From: an uncultured Gemmatimonadales bacterium
GTDB taxonomy: Bacteria > Gemmatimonadota > Gemmatimonadetes > Longimicrobiales > Longimicrobiaceae
Length of the DNA: 64,000 nucleotides
Assembly (NCBI GenBank): GCA_963716255.1
Contig: OY970303.1
Location: 5,952,001-6,016,000, forward strand
Reading direction: 5' to 3'
How positions within the stretch are numbered: position 1 is the first letter of the stretch; every line of letters starts with the position of its first letter. Position numbers and translations under genes: made by a program. This document shows, in pieces, positions 48,834 through 58,813 of this stretch. The notes below the pieces were generated by a model. That model was not told the DNA's origin. It made no database searches and saw nothing but the letters and a program-made list of their open reading frames with translations.

Positions 48834-50072
48834 ATGCGAATCGCCCTGTTCAGCAACGAGTACCCGCCCCACGTCTACGGGGGGGCGGGGGTGCACGTGG
48901 AGTACCTGTCGCGCGAGCTGGCGGCGCTGGAAGGTGGCCACCGGGTGGACGTGTTCTGCTTCGGCGAGCAGCGGGAGGACCGCGGGGGGCTGCACGTGCG
49001 CGGTATCCCGCCGGGGCCGGCCGTCCCGGCGCAGGACCCCCGCCACGGGCGGCTGCTGGACGCGCTGTCGCGCAACCTGGCCATGGCCGGCGCGGCGGAA
49101 GCGCCCGACGTGGTGCACTGCCACACCTGGTACGCGCACCTGGCCGGCTGCCTGGCCCGGCCGCTGACCGGCGCCCGGCTGGTGCTCACCACGCACTCGC
49201 TGGAGCCGCACCGCCCCTGGAAGGTGGAGCAGCTGGGGACCGCCTACCACGCCACCGCCTGGGTGGAGCGCACCGCCTACGCCAACGCGGACGGCGTGGT
49301 CGCCGTGTCCGAGGCGATGAAGCGCGACGTGCAGGAGCTGTACGGTGTCCCGGCCGAGCGGGTGCGCGTCATCCACAACGGCATCGACCCGGACGAGTAC
49401 CGGCCCCGCCACGACCCCGCCGTGCTGCGGCGCCTGGGGGTGGACCCGGAGGTGCCGATGGTGCTGTTCGTGGGCCGCATCACCCGGCAGAAGGGGATCC
49501 TCCACCTGGTGCGCGCCCTCCGGCACCTGCGCTCCCCCGTGCAGGTGGTGCTCTGCGCCGGCGCGCCCGACACCCCGGAGATCGCCGACGAGATGGCCGC
49601 GCGGGTGGACGAGGCCCGGCGCGAGGCCGCGGCCCCCATCGTGTGGATCCCGGAGATGCTCCCCAAGGAGGACGTCATCGTGCTGTACTCGCACGCCGCC
49701 GTCTTCGTCTGCCCCTCCGTGTACGAGCCGTTCGGGATCATCAACCTGGAGGCCATGGCGTGCGAGACGCCCGTGGTCGCCTCGGCGGTGGGCGGCATCC
49801 CCGAGATCGTCGTCCCCGGCGAGACCGGGCTGCTGGTCGAGCTCCAGGACGTGGGCGCGGGAGATCCCGAGCCGCGCGACCCCGAGAGCTTCGCCCGCGC
49901 CCTGGCCGCCGCCGTGGACGAGCTCATGGCCGACCCGGAGCGGCGCGCGGCCATGGGCGCCGCCGCGCGGGAGCGCGTGCTGGCCCGCTTCAGCTGGCGG
50001 CGTATCGCCGAGCTGACGATGGATTTCTATTGCGACCTGCTGGACACGCCTCCGCGCTCCCCGGCGGGGTGA
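48834..50072 (+). CDS. glgM: GT4 glycosyltransferase, actinobacterial GlgA/GlgM type (maltose-1-phosphate synthase)
   Basis: EYPPHVYGGAGVHVEYL, HSLEPHRPWKVEQLG, GRITRQKG, YEPFGIINLEAMAC. Confidence 0.85.
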   Translation: MRIALFSNEYPPHVYGGAGVHVEYLSRELAALEGGHRVDVFCFGEQREDRGGLHVRGIPPGPAVPAQDPRHGRLLDALSRNLAMAGAAEAPDVVHCHTWYAHLAGCLARPLTGARLVLTTHSLEPHRPWKVEQLGTAYHATAWVERTAYANADGVVAVSEAMKRDVQELYGVPAERVRVIHNGIDPDEYRPRHDPAVLRRLGVDPEVPMVLFVGRITRQKGILHLVRALRHLRSPVQVVLCAGAPDTPEIADEMAARVDEARREAAAPIVWIPEMLPKEDVIVLYSHAAVFVCPSVYEPFGIINLEAMACETPVVASAVGGIPEIVVPGETGLLVELQDVGAGDPEPRDPESFARALAAAVDELMADPERRAAMGAAARERVLARFSWRRIAELTMDFYCDLLDTPPRSPAG

Positions 50073-50216
50073 CGCCGCCGCGCCGGAACGGCGTGTCCTG
50101 AAACATCTTCCCGGCCCGCGCGGACGCTTGCCAACACCGCGTCCCCGCGGCAATGTAGGAACGGGCGCGCTCCCTCGCCGGCCGCGCGCCCCTCCCCCTG
50201 CTCCCCGCCCGCCGCG

Positions 50217-52421
50217 ATGAGCGCCACCGAGCCGGTCGCGCCAGAGATCCCCCCGAGCCCCGCCGCCGTCTCCCTTCCGGGCGGCCTGGGCCCCGGCGCC
50301 GCCGCGGCGCTGGAGGCCGAGATGGAGCGCGTTCCCCTGTCCGCGGGGGACGCGCTCTTCGCCGCCCCCCGCTCCGGTGCCGCGCTTTACCTGGTGCTGG
50401 AGGGGCTGCTGCACGCCGCCGAGCCCGCCCCGGACGGGTCCGAGACGCGGGTCCGCGAGGTGGAGGCCGGCGAGGCGCTGGACGAGATGCAGCTCTTCGC
50501 CGGGAGCGCCCGCCCGGTGGTCGTGCGCGCCGCCCGCGACTCCGTGGTGGGGCGCGTCCCCGGCGCCGCGGTGGACCGGCTGTGCGCCGCGCACCCCGAG
50601 ATCCGCGGCGCGCTCCGCAGGCTCCACGCGCGCCAGCTCCTGTGCCGGCTGCACGGCGTCTTCGGCGCCTTCGGGCGGCAGCTCCTGGACGACGTGGAGG
50701 CCACCGCCGACTGGGTACACCTTCCCCGCGGCCGCCTCCTGTTCGAGCAGAACACCGCGGCGGACGGGCTGTACTTCGTGGTCAGCGGCCGCGTGCAGAC
50801 GCTGCGGGTGGAGCGCGACGGGTCCACCCGCGTGCTTTCCGAGTCCGGGCGCGGCGAGGTGGCCGGGGAGATGGGGTTCTTCGGCGTCCCCACCCGCGGC
50901 GAGCGCGTGCGGGCCGTGCGCGACAGCGTGCTGGTGGGCTTCACCGCCGACGAGTTCGACCGGCTCGCCGCGCGCCAGCCCCAGCTCCTTCGCCGCGTGG
51001 CCCGCGGGCTGGTGGAGCGCCTGCACCACGGGCCGCGCGCCGGCCCGGGACACGTCGTCAACGTCGCCGTGCTCCCGGCCGCCTCCGGCGCCCCCGTGCG
51101 CGAGTTCTGCGACCGGCTGGTGGCCGCGCTGGAGGCGCACGGCCCGGTCCTGCGGCTGGACGCCGCGGGGGTGGACGCGCGCATGGACGAGGCGGGGATC
51201 GCGCAGGCGTGGGAGGGGAGCCCCGACAATTCCCGGCTGCTGGCGTGGCTGGAGGCGCAGGAGGCCGCGCACCGCTTCGTCGTGTACGAGGCCGAGGCGG
51301 GCACCACCCCCTGGACCCGCCGCTGCATGCGCCAGGCGGACCGCCTCCTGCTGCTTGCGCGTGCGGAAGACGATCCCCGCCCCGGCGAGGCCGAGCGCGC
51401 GCTGCTGGGGCTGGAGGGGCGCGTCACCGACGCGCACCAGGTGCTGGTGCTGCTGCACGCCCGCGGCGACCGGCTCCCCTCCGGCACCCGCCGCTGGCTG
51501 GAGGCGCGCCGGGTGGACGAGCACCACCACCTTCGCTGGACCGAGGCGGGCGACTTCGCGCGGCTGGCGCGCGTGCTGGCGGGGCGGGCCGTGGGCGTGG
51601 TGCTGGGGGGCGGCGGGGCGCGCGGGCTGGCGCACATCGGGGTGGTGCGGGCGCTGGTGGAAGCCGGCATCCCCATCGACATGGTGGGCGGCACCAGCAT
51701 GGGCGGCGCCATCGCCGCGCAGCACGCCATGGGGTGGAGCCCTCGGCGGATCCACGAGGTCAACCACCGCGTCTGGGTGCAGATCCGCCCGCACACCCGC
51801 TACACGGTGCCCATCCTCTCGCTGATCGGCCAGAGGGGGTCCGACCAGTGCGGGAGCATGCTGTACGGGGACACCCGGATCGAGGACCTCTGGATCCCCT
51901 TCTTCTGCGTTTCCAGCAACCTGACCACCGCCGAAAAGGTGGTGCACCGCACCGGGTCGCTGCGCCTCGCCTCCACGGCCAGCGGCTCCCTCCCCGGCGC
52001 CGCCATCCCCGTGCTGGCCGACGGGTGCCTGCTGGTGGACGGCGCCGTCCTCGACAACCTCCCCACCGACGTCATGCGCGGCCTGGGCGCCGGGGTGGTG
52101 ATCGCCTCCGAGGTGTCGGTGGAGCAGGACGCCACCTTCACCTGCGAGCGCGTCCCCTCGCCGTGGGAGGTGATCCGCGGGCGCTTCGCCCGGCGGGGCC
52201 CACGGGTGTGCTTCCCGTCGCTGATCGAGGTGGCCATGCGCGCCTCCATGCTGAACAGCGTCCACCGCGAGCGGGCCGCGCACGCCGAAGCCGACCTGTG
52301 CTTCCACCCGCCCATCGACCGCTTCCGGCTGATGGACTTCCCCCACCTGGACGACATCGTAGCGGCCGGGTACGCCCACGCCGCCGGGATCCTGCGCGCC
52401 TGGCCCGGCATGGACGTCTGA
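50217..52421 (+). CDS. cNMP-binding patatin-like phospholipase (NTE family)
   Basis: two cNMP-like domains; GGGGARG, GTSMG, DGA. Confidence 0.9.
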   Translation: MSATEPVAPEIPPSPAAVSLPGGLGPGAAAALEAEMERVPLSAGDALFAAPRSGAALYLVLEGLLHAAEPAPDGSETRVREVEAGEALDEMQLFAGSARPVVVRAARDSVVGRVPGAAVDRLCAAHPEIRGALRRLHARQLLCRLHGVFGAFGRQLLDDVEATADWVHLPRGRLLFEQNTAADGLYFVVSGRVQTLRVERDGSTRVLSESGRGEVAGEMGFFGVPTRGERVRAVRDSVLVGFTADEFDRLAARQPQLLRRVARGLVERLHHGPRAGPGHVVNVAVLPAASGAPVREFCDRLVAALEAHGPVLRLDAAGVDARMDEAGIAQAWEGSPDNSRLLAWLEAQEAAHRFVVYEAEAGTTPWTRRCMRQADRLLLLARAEDDPRPGEAERALLGLEGRVTDAHQVLVLLHARGDRLPSGTRRWLEARRVDEHHHLRWTEAGDFARLARVLAGRAVGVVLGGGGARGLAHIGVVRALVEAGIPIDMVGGTSMGGAIAAQHAMGWSPRRIHEVNHRVWVQIRPHTRYTVPILSLIGQRGSDQCGSMLYGDTRIEDLWIPFFCVSSNLTTAEKVVHRTGSLRLASTASGSLPGAAIPVLADGCLLVDGAVLDNLPTDVMRGLGAGVVIASEVSVEQDATFTCERVPSPWEVIRGRFARRGPRVCFPSLIEVAMRASMLNSVHRERAAHAEADLCFHPPIDRFRLMDFPHLDDIVAAGYAHAAGILRAWPGMDV

Positions 52422-52433
52422 ACGGCTCGAACT

Positions 52434-52650
52434 GCGGGTTTGGGCGTGCCCCCGGCTGGCGCCGGGGTCGGGCTTCGGCTCCGTAAGCCCGCGAACAACG
52501 CGGGCTAACGGAGTCGAGACCCGGCGGAAACAGCCCCGCCGGGTCTCGCCCCTTCGGGCCGAAATCCCTCACGCGGGGCTCGCGCTGGCGTCCGTGGGGA
52601 CTCCCACCCGGCTCGCTTGAGGCTCGCCCTCCTCCCCCGGCCGACCCCCA
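52434..52650 (+). repeat. repeat family B copy 9 (52434-52574) plus module D
   Basis: scaffold match. Confidence 0.9.
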
Positions 52651-52744
52651 TCCCCGGAGCTGCCCGAAGCGGCACGCCGTCGACGTTCCGCCGGCGACGC
52701 AAGCTCCCGTGCCGGCCCCGTTTGCGCGCTCCGCCGCCCGTGCA

Positions 52745-52761
52745 TGGCCCTGCCTTTGCTA
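52745..52761 (+). promoter_or_regulatory. putative sigma-54 promoter
   Basis: TGGCCCTGCCTTTGCTA (GG-N10-GC). Confidence 0.5.
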
Positions 52762-52827
52762 TACCGGTGTGATCCGCCGCACGGGGAAACTCCGCGGTGG
52801 AACCCCAACCGCCAGAGGAGCGCAGCC

Positions 52828-53601
52828 ATGAGCACGCGAGCCGCCCGATACTTCCTTCCCACGGCAGTCCTCGCGGCGGTGCTCGCCGCGTGTGGGGGCG
52901 GGGACGACGCGGCGCGCGCCGGCGAAGCGCCGGGCGCGGCGCGGGCCGTGTACACCAGCGAGGTGGAGAGCGTCAGCCGGTGGATCCAGCAGGGTGGGGG
53001 GAGCGCCGACTCCGCCGGGCTGGTCGCGGCGCCCAACCCGCGGGGGGAGGGGATCCTGGTGTACTCGCGCAGCGCAGACTCCGCGTCCGGCGGGGAGCGG
53101 GCGGCGTGGGTGGTGGTGGACTCGCAGGTGGTGCCGCTCAACCAGGCGGGGCGCCGCGCGGCGCCGCAGCGGGCCGCGGCGCGGGACGAGGAGCGCACCT
53201 GGGAGCGCATCGGGATCAAGCGCACCGACGGCAACGCCGACCTGCGCGACATCCTCCCCGTGCCCGACGCGCCGCCCGCCCGCGAGCGCCCCGCCCCGCG
53301 CGAGGCGCCCCTCCCCCCCATGCCCGACTCCTCCGCGCCCGTGCCCTTCCCGGAGGCCGCGCCCGCGCCGCGCGTGACGGGCCCGCGCGACACCCTGCGC
53401 GTCCCCGCCGGGCGCGCCGGGCCGGCGCAGACGCCCGCCCGGCGCGACAGCTCGGCGCGGGAGCCGGCGGACACGCTGCGCATCCCCGCGGCCGGGCGGC
53501 CGATGCGCGACACCGTCCGCGTCCCCGGTCCGTCGGCACCCGGGGCGACGCCCGAGCCCGCCGCGCCCGCGACGCCCGCTCCCGCGCTCCCCGGCGCCTG
53601 A
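52828..53601 (+). CDS. Pro-rich lipoprotein of unknown function
   Basis: GAGGAG RBS, lipobox LAAC, 3x DT(L/V)R(V/I)P repeat. Confidence 0.7.
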   Translation: MSTRAARYFLPTAVLAAVLAACGGGDDAARAGEAPGAARAVYTSEVESVSRWIQQGGGSADSAGLVAAPNPRGEGILVYSRSADSASGGERAAWVVVDSQVVPLNQAGRRAAPQRAAARDEERTWERIGIKRTDGNADLRDILPVPDAPPARERPAPREAPLPPMPDSSAPVPFPEAAPAPRVTGPRDTLRVPAGRAGPAQTPARRDSSAREPADTLRIPAAGRPMRDTVRVPGPSAPGATPEPAAPATPAPALPGA

Positions 53602-53875
53602 GGGGCGCCGCGTCCTCTCCGGTCTCCGGCCAGCTTCGCCGGGCCGTGCGGGCAGCTCGCCGGCTTTGCCGTCGAGCGGTTCCTGGCCTCCGTCACCGCC
53701 CCCCCCGCACCGCGCTCCGGGTCCTTGACGCCGCCCGTCACGGACGTGTAGCTTGCGAATAAAATGCGCCAGGAAGGCGGCGCTCTCCTTTGCCGCGTGC
53801 CTTCCTGGCCGGTCCCGTGCAGCCGCTCCGCCGCCCCGGCGGCGCTTTCCCGCTCTCCAGTCGCAGGTACGCACC

Positions 53876-54844
53876 ATGCCTCTTCTCCCCACCCGGTGGA
53901 TCTGGTTCAACGGCGAGATGGTGCCGTGGGAAAACGCCACGGTGCACGTCATGACGTACGGCCTGCACATGGGCGCCTCGATCTTCGAGGGGATCCGCTG
54001 TTATCCCACCTCCATGGGCCCCGCCGTCTTCCGGCTTCGGGAGCACATCCGCCGGCTCACCGACTCCGCGCGCATCTTCCGCATGGACCTCCCCTTCGAC
54101 GAGGCCCGGGTGAGGGAAGCGTGCCGCGAGGTGATCCGCGTCAACGACCTCGCCGGGGCGTACCTGCGGCCGCTGGCGTGGCTGGGCGTGGGCGAGCTGG
54201 GGACCAACCCCATCGGCCACCCGGTGGAGATGATGGTGGGCGCCTTCGAGTGGGGCGCGTACCTGGGCGAGGGGGGGCTGGAGAACGGCGTGGACGTGTG
54301 CGTCTCGTCGTGGCGCCGGGTGGCCCCGGACACCATCCCCTCCATGGCAAAGGCCGGGGGGACGTACCTGTCGTCGCAGCTCATCAGCCGCGAAGCAAAG
54401 ACCAACGGCTACGCCGAGGGGATCGGGCTGGACGTGAACGGCTACCTGGGCGAGGGCTCCGCCGAGAACCTGTTCGTCATCCGCGACGGGGTCCTCTACA
54501 CCCCGCCCGTGAGCTGCGGCATCCTCCCCGGGATCACCCGCGACTCCGTCGTCACCATCGCCCGCGACCTGGGCTACGAAGTGCGCGAGCAGGTCCTTCC
54601 CCGCGAGATCCTGTACGTGGCCGACGAGCTGTTCTTCACCGGCACCGCCGCCGAGATCACCCCCATCCGCTCGGTGGACCGCCTGGTCGTCGGGACGGGG
54701 AAGCGCGGCCCCATCACCGCCGAGATCCAGCACCGCTACTTCGCCATCGTGCGCGGCGAGGCCGAGGACACGTGGGGGTGGCTGGACCACGTGCAGCCGC
54801 AGCCCGAGCGCGCCCGCCCCCTCGCCGTCGCCCAGCCCGCCTGA
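53876..54844 (+). CDS. ilvE: branched-chain amino acid aminotransferase
   Basis: IWFNGE, IFEGIR, YLRP, EGSAENLF, ILPGITR, GTAAEITP. Confidence 0.93.
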   Translation: MPLLPTRWIWFNGEMVPWENATVHVMTYGLHMGASIFEGIRCYPTSMGPAVFRLREHIRRLTDSARIFRMDLPFDEARVREACREVIRVNDLAGAYLRPLAWLGVGELGTNPIGHPVEMMVGAFEWGAYLGEGGLENGVDVCVSSWRRVAPDTIPSMAKAGGTYLSSQLISREAKTNGYAEGIGLDVNGYLGEGSAENLFVIRDGVLYTPPVSCGILPGITRDSVVTIARDLGYEVREQVLPREILYVADELFFTGTAAEITPIRSVDRLVVGTGKRGPITAEIQHRYFAIVRGEAEDTWGWLDHVQPQPERARPLAVAQPA

Positions 54845-54858
54845 CCCGGAGAGAACCG

Positions 54859-55215
54859 ATGCCCGCCACCGCCAACACGCTGGTGCACGACCTTTTCGAC
54901 GCGATCGACTCGCGCGAGTTCGACCGCCTCCACGACGTCTGCCACCCCGAGATCGTGTACGAGCGCCCCGGCTACGAGGCGTTCTCCGGGATGGAGCGCC
55001 TGCTCCGGTTCTACCGCGAGGAGCGCGTCATCGCCAGCGGCCGGCACCACCTCACCGCCGTGCTGGTGGACGACGCCTTCGGCGCCTGCTGGGGCCGCTT
55101 CGTCGGCACGCACCGCGACGGCTCCGACATCGACGTGGAGTTCGCGGACACCTACGAGATCGAGGACGGAAAGATCCGCCGGCGCAAATCGTTCTTCTAC
55201 GTGCCGGCGGTGTGA
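54859..55215 (+). CDS. SnoaL/NTF2-like protein
   Basis: FDAIDSRE..HPEIVYERPG...FADTYEIEDGKI. Confidence 0.8.
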   Translation: MPATANTLVHDLFDAIDSREFDRLHDVCHPEIVYERPGYEAFSGMERLLRFYREERVIASGRHHLTAVLVDDAFGACWGRFVGTHRDGSDIDVEFADTYEIEDGKIRRRKSFFYVPAV

Positions 55216-55248
55216 CGGCAGGGAACAGGGAACAGCCTGCAAACGGCG

Positions 55249-55474
55249 GCTCCCACCCGGCTCACTCGAGGCTCGCCACCCTCCCCCGATTCCGGGGGAG
55301 GGTTTTCTGTCGTGGTTAGTTTACGTCGTACCCCTATGATCTTTGACGGAGGGAGACTCGCCGGCTGTTTGGCGAGGCTCACTCCGGCGCAGGGAAACCC
55401 GCCGGCCGTTTGGCGGGGTTCCGTGCGCCCGCGGAGGAGACCGGCAGCAGTACCGCCGGGCTCCGTAGCGGCCC
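55249..55474 (-). repeat. module D plus repeat family A copy 4 (55316-55474, minus strand)
   Basis: reverse complement of family A. Confidence 0.9.
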
Positions 55475-55624
55475 GCCACGACAAACCAGGACATCCCAGG
55501 AACCCACGGACGCAAAGCCGTGTAGACCTCGCCGCGCAATGGTCGAAAAAACTCGCTGGCGGTTGCGCTCCCCGGGCCGTATCGTGTAAACGTCCAGTCC
55601 CACCCCACAACCGAAGGCCTGCCC

Positions 55625-56977
55625 ATGAAACGAGCGCTACTGATGCTGGGCCTGCTGGCCGCCGCGCCGGCGGCGGCCCAGGAGGTGAGTATCCCCCACA
55701 CCACCTTCCAGCTCCCCAACGGGCTGCGGGTGATCGTCAACGAGGACCACTCCACCCCCATCGTCGCCGTCAACGTGTGGTACCACGTGGGCGCCGGGTA
55801 CGAGAAGCCGGGACGGACCGGCTTCGCGCACCTGTTCGAGCACATCCTCTTCGAGGGCAGCAAGAACGTCCCCGAGGGCGACTTCGACAACCTCCTGGAG
55901 GCGGCGGGCGCCATCAACAACGGGAGCACCAACTCCGACCGCACCAACTACTACGAGGTCCTCCCCGCCAACGCCCTGGACCTGGCGCTCTGGCTGGAGG
56001 CCGACCGCATGGGCGGCCTGCTGGACGCCATGAACGAGGGCAAGCTCAACGGGCAGCGCGAGATCGTCAAGAACGAGCGGCGCGAGCGGGTGGAGAACGT
56101 TCCCTACGGCCGTCTCTTCGAGACCGCGTTCGCCGCGCTCTACCCGGAGGGACACCCGTACTCCTGGCCCATCGTGGGGTCCATGGCCGACCTGTCGGCC
56201 GCGACGCTTCAGGACGTGGAAGGCTTCTTCCGCACCTACTACGTCCCCAACAACGCCGTGCTCGCCATCTCCGGCGACGTCACCGCCGAGCAGGTGCGGC
56301 CGCTGGTGGAACGGTACTTCGGGTGGATCCCGCGGGGGCAGGACGTGGTCCGGCCGGACATCCCCGTGCCGCCCATCGCCCAGACGCGCCACATCACCCT
56401 GGAGGACCGGGTGACGCTGCCGCAGCTGTCGCTGATCTGGCGCTCCGACAAGTCGTACTCGCGCGACGACGCCGCGCTGCAGGCGCTCGCGTCCATCCTC
56501 GCCGACGGCAAGAACAGCCGGCTCTACAAGCGGCTGGTGTACGACCAGAAGGTGGCGCAGGACGTGAGCGCCTTCAACTACGCCCAGCTGCTTTCCGGCG
56601 ACTTCTTCGTGCAGGTGACGGCCCGCCCCGACACCGAGCTGCCGGCCATGGAGCGCGCCGTGGACGAGGAGATCGCGAAGATCGCACAGACCCCGCCCAG
56701 CGCCGACGAGATGAGGCGCGTGGTGTCCGGCCTGGAAACCTCCTTCGTGCGCCAGCTGGAGACCAGCGCCGGCAAGGCCGACCAGCTGAACGGCTACCTG
56801 TACTACACGGGCAGCTCCGACTACGCGGGGCAGGACCTGGCGCGCTTCCGCTCGCTCACGCCCGCGGACGTGCAGCGGGTGGCGCGCGAGTACCTGGTGA
56901 ACAAGAACCGCGTCGTCGTCAGCATCGTCCCGCAGGGCAGGACCAACCTCGCCGTCGCCGCAAAGGAGAACGACTGA
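55625..56977 (+). CDS. M16 family peptidase, catalytic subunit
   Basis: GFAHLFEH (HxxEH), signal peptide. Confidence 0.93.
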   Translation: MKRALLMLGLLAAAPAAAQEVSIPHTTFQLPNGLRVIVNEDHSTPIVAVNVWYHVGAGYEKPGRTGFAHLFEHILFEGSKNVPEGDFDNLLEAAGAINNGSTNSDRTNYYEVLPANALDLALWLEADRMGGLLDAMNEGKLNGQREIVKNERRERVENVPYGRLFETAFAALYPEGHPYSWPIVGSMADLSAATLQDVEGFFRTYYVPNNAVLAISGDVTAEQVRPLVERYFGWIPRGQDVVRPDIPVPPIAQTRHITLEDRVTLPQLSLIWRSDKSYSRDDAALQALASILADGKNSRLYKRLVYDQKVAQDVSAFNYAQLLSGDFFVQVTARPDTELPAMERAVDEEIAKIAQTPPSADEMRRVVSGLETSFVRQLETSAGKADQLNGYLYYTGSSDYAGQDLARFRSLTPADVQRVAREYLVNKNRVVVSIVPQGRTNLAVAAKEND

Positions 56978-58458
56978 TGAAGCGCTACGCAGGCATCCTC
57001 GCCGGCGTCCTCCTCGCGGGGTGCGCACCGGCCGCGCCGGAGGCCGCCCCGCCCGCGGCCCCGGCCCCGGAGCAGGCCGCCCCCGCCGCCACGGCGTCCC
57101 GGTTCCCCACCACCGCGCCGGTGCCGGGGGCCGTTCCCGCCGTCCGCGTCCCCGCGCCCGAGCGGCGCACCCTGCCCAACGGGCTCGCCGTCCTGTACGT
57201 GCGGCGCCCCGATGTCCCCGCGGTGCAGGCCGTGCTGGTCACTCGCGGCGGCGCCACCGACGACCCGACCGACCTCCCCGGGCTGGCCTCCTTCACCGCC
57301 GGCATGCTGGACGAGGGCGCCGGCGGCCGCACCTCGCTGCAGCTTTCCGACGAGCTGGACCAGCTGGGCGCGTCGCTGAGCGCCTCCGCCGGGTGGGACG
57401 CCGCCCAGGTGGGGCTGTACGTGCTCCGCGACCGTCTCCCCCAGGCGCTGCCGCTGATGGCCGACGTGGCCACGCGCCCCGACTTCCCGCAGGCCGACGT
57501 GGCGCGCGTGCGCGACGAGCTGGTCACCGAGCTGACCCGCGCCCGCGACAACCCCGGGGCCGTGGCCTCCAACGCCTTCGCCACGCTGGTGTACGGGCGG
57601 CAGCACCCGTACGGGCGCCTGTCCACCACCACCACCGCGCGGCGCCTGCAGCGGGCCCGGCTGGTGGCGTTCCACCGCAGCTTCTACCGTCCCCAGGGCT
57701 CCACGCTCATCCTGGTGGGCGACGTCGACGCCGCCACCGTGCACCCGCTGGTGGAGCGCGCCTTCGGCAGCTGGCAGGCCGGGGCGGCGCCGGCTCCGGC
57801 CGCGCTTCCCACGCCGGCCGCGGCGCAGACCCGCATCTACCTGATCGACAAGCCCGGCGCCCCGCAGTCGGAGGTCCGCATCGGCCACCCCGCCGTCGCG
57901 CGCAACAACCCCGACTTCTTCCCCATGCTGGTGCTCAACACCCTGCTGGGGGGCTCCTTCACCAGCCGGCTGCAGCAGAACCTGCGTGAGACGCACGGCT
58001 ACACCTACGGCGCCCGCTCCAGCTTCTCCTGGCGCCGGGCCGCGGGGCCCTTCCAGGCCGCCGCCGCCGTGCGCACCGCCGTCACCGACAGCTCGCTGGT
58101 GGAGTTCTTCAAGGAGCTGAACCGCGTCCGCACCGAGGCCGTGCCCGCCGACGAGCTGGCGCGCGCCAAGAACTACGTGGCGCTGGGGCTCCCGCGGAAC
58201 CTGGAAACCAACTCCGCGCTCGCCTTCGGCATGGCCGACCTGGCCGGCTACGGGCTGGACTCCTCCTTCTACGACAGTTACGTGGACCGCGTCATGGCCG
58301 TCACCGCCGAGGACGTGCAGCGCGTGGCCAACCGCTTCGTGCGCCCGGGCGAGTCCGTGGTGGTGGTCGTGGGCGACCTCAAGACCATCGAGCCCACGGT
58401 GCGGGCGCTCAACCTCGGTCCCGTCGAGGTGCGTCCGGTCGGCGAGTTCGTGCAGTAG
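56977..58458 (+). CDS. M16 family peptidase, non-catalytic lipoprotein subunit
   Basis: LAGC lipobox; lacks HxxEH; SRLQQNLRETHGYTY. Confidence 0.9.
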   Translation: MKRYAGILAGVLLAGCAPAAPEAAPPAAPAPEQAAPAATASRFPTTAPVPGAVPAVRVPAPERRTLPNGLAVLYVRRPDVPAVQAVLVTRGGATDDPTDLPGLASFTAGMLDEGAGGRTSLQLSDELDQLGASLSASAGWDAAQVGLYVLRDRLPQALPLMADVATRPDFPQADVARVRDELVTELTRARDNPGAVASNAFATLVYGRQHPYGRLSTTTTARRLQRARLVAFHRSFYRPQGSTLILVGDVDAATVHPLVERAFGSWQAGAAPAPAALPTPAAAQTRIYLIDKPGAPQSEVRIGHPAVARNNPDFFPMLVLNTLLGGSFTSRLQQNLRETHGYTYGARSSFSWRRAAGPFQAAAAVRTAVTDSSLVEFFKELNRVRTEAVPADELARAKNYVALGLPRNLETNSALAFGMADLAGYGLDSSFYDSYVDRVMAVTAEDVQRVANRFVRPGESVVVVVGDLKTIEPTVRALNLGPVEVRPVGEFVQ

Positions 58459-58468
58459 TGTAGAAGAC

Positions 58469-58666
58469 GGGCCGCTACGGAGCCGGACGATACTGCCGTC
58501 CGTCTCCTGCGCGGGCTCCGGGAGCCAGGCCAAACAGCCGGCCTGTCTCCCTCCGCCGGGGCGAGCCAGCCGAAACAGCCCGGCTGTCTCCCCCCGAACA
58601 GATTCATTTGGGTACTGCGGAACTGCGAACGGCGCCCCCACCGGGATCTCCCGGTGGGGGCGCCGT
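58469..58666 (+). repeat. repeat family A copy 5 with terminal hairpin
   Basis: shares the GGCGCCCCCACCG..CGGTGGGGGCGCC hairpin with copy 1. Confidence 0.9.
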
Positions 58667-58813
58667 CTGTCGTCGCAGGCTGTTCCCTGTGACGCTGCAC
58701 GCTGCGCGTGCACCGGATGAACCCTATTCCCTGTACCCTGCGTCTTCTTGACGCCCCCGTACCGCAGGTCTATCTTCGGGCCTTCGCCACAGCCAGGGAA
58801 CCCGAATCGCGCC

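Noticed and set aside
45496..58813. Prophage/ICE integrated at tRNA-Gln
   Set aside because: No integrase, att duplication or phage/conjugation genes seen.
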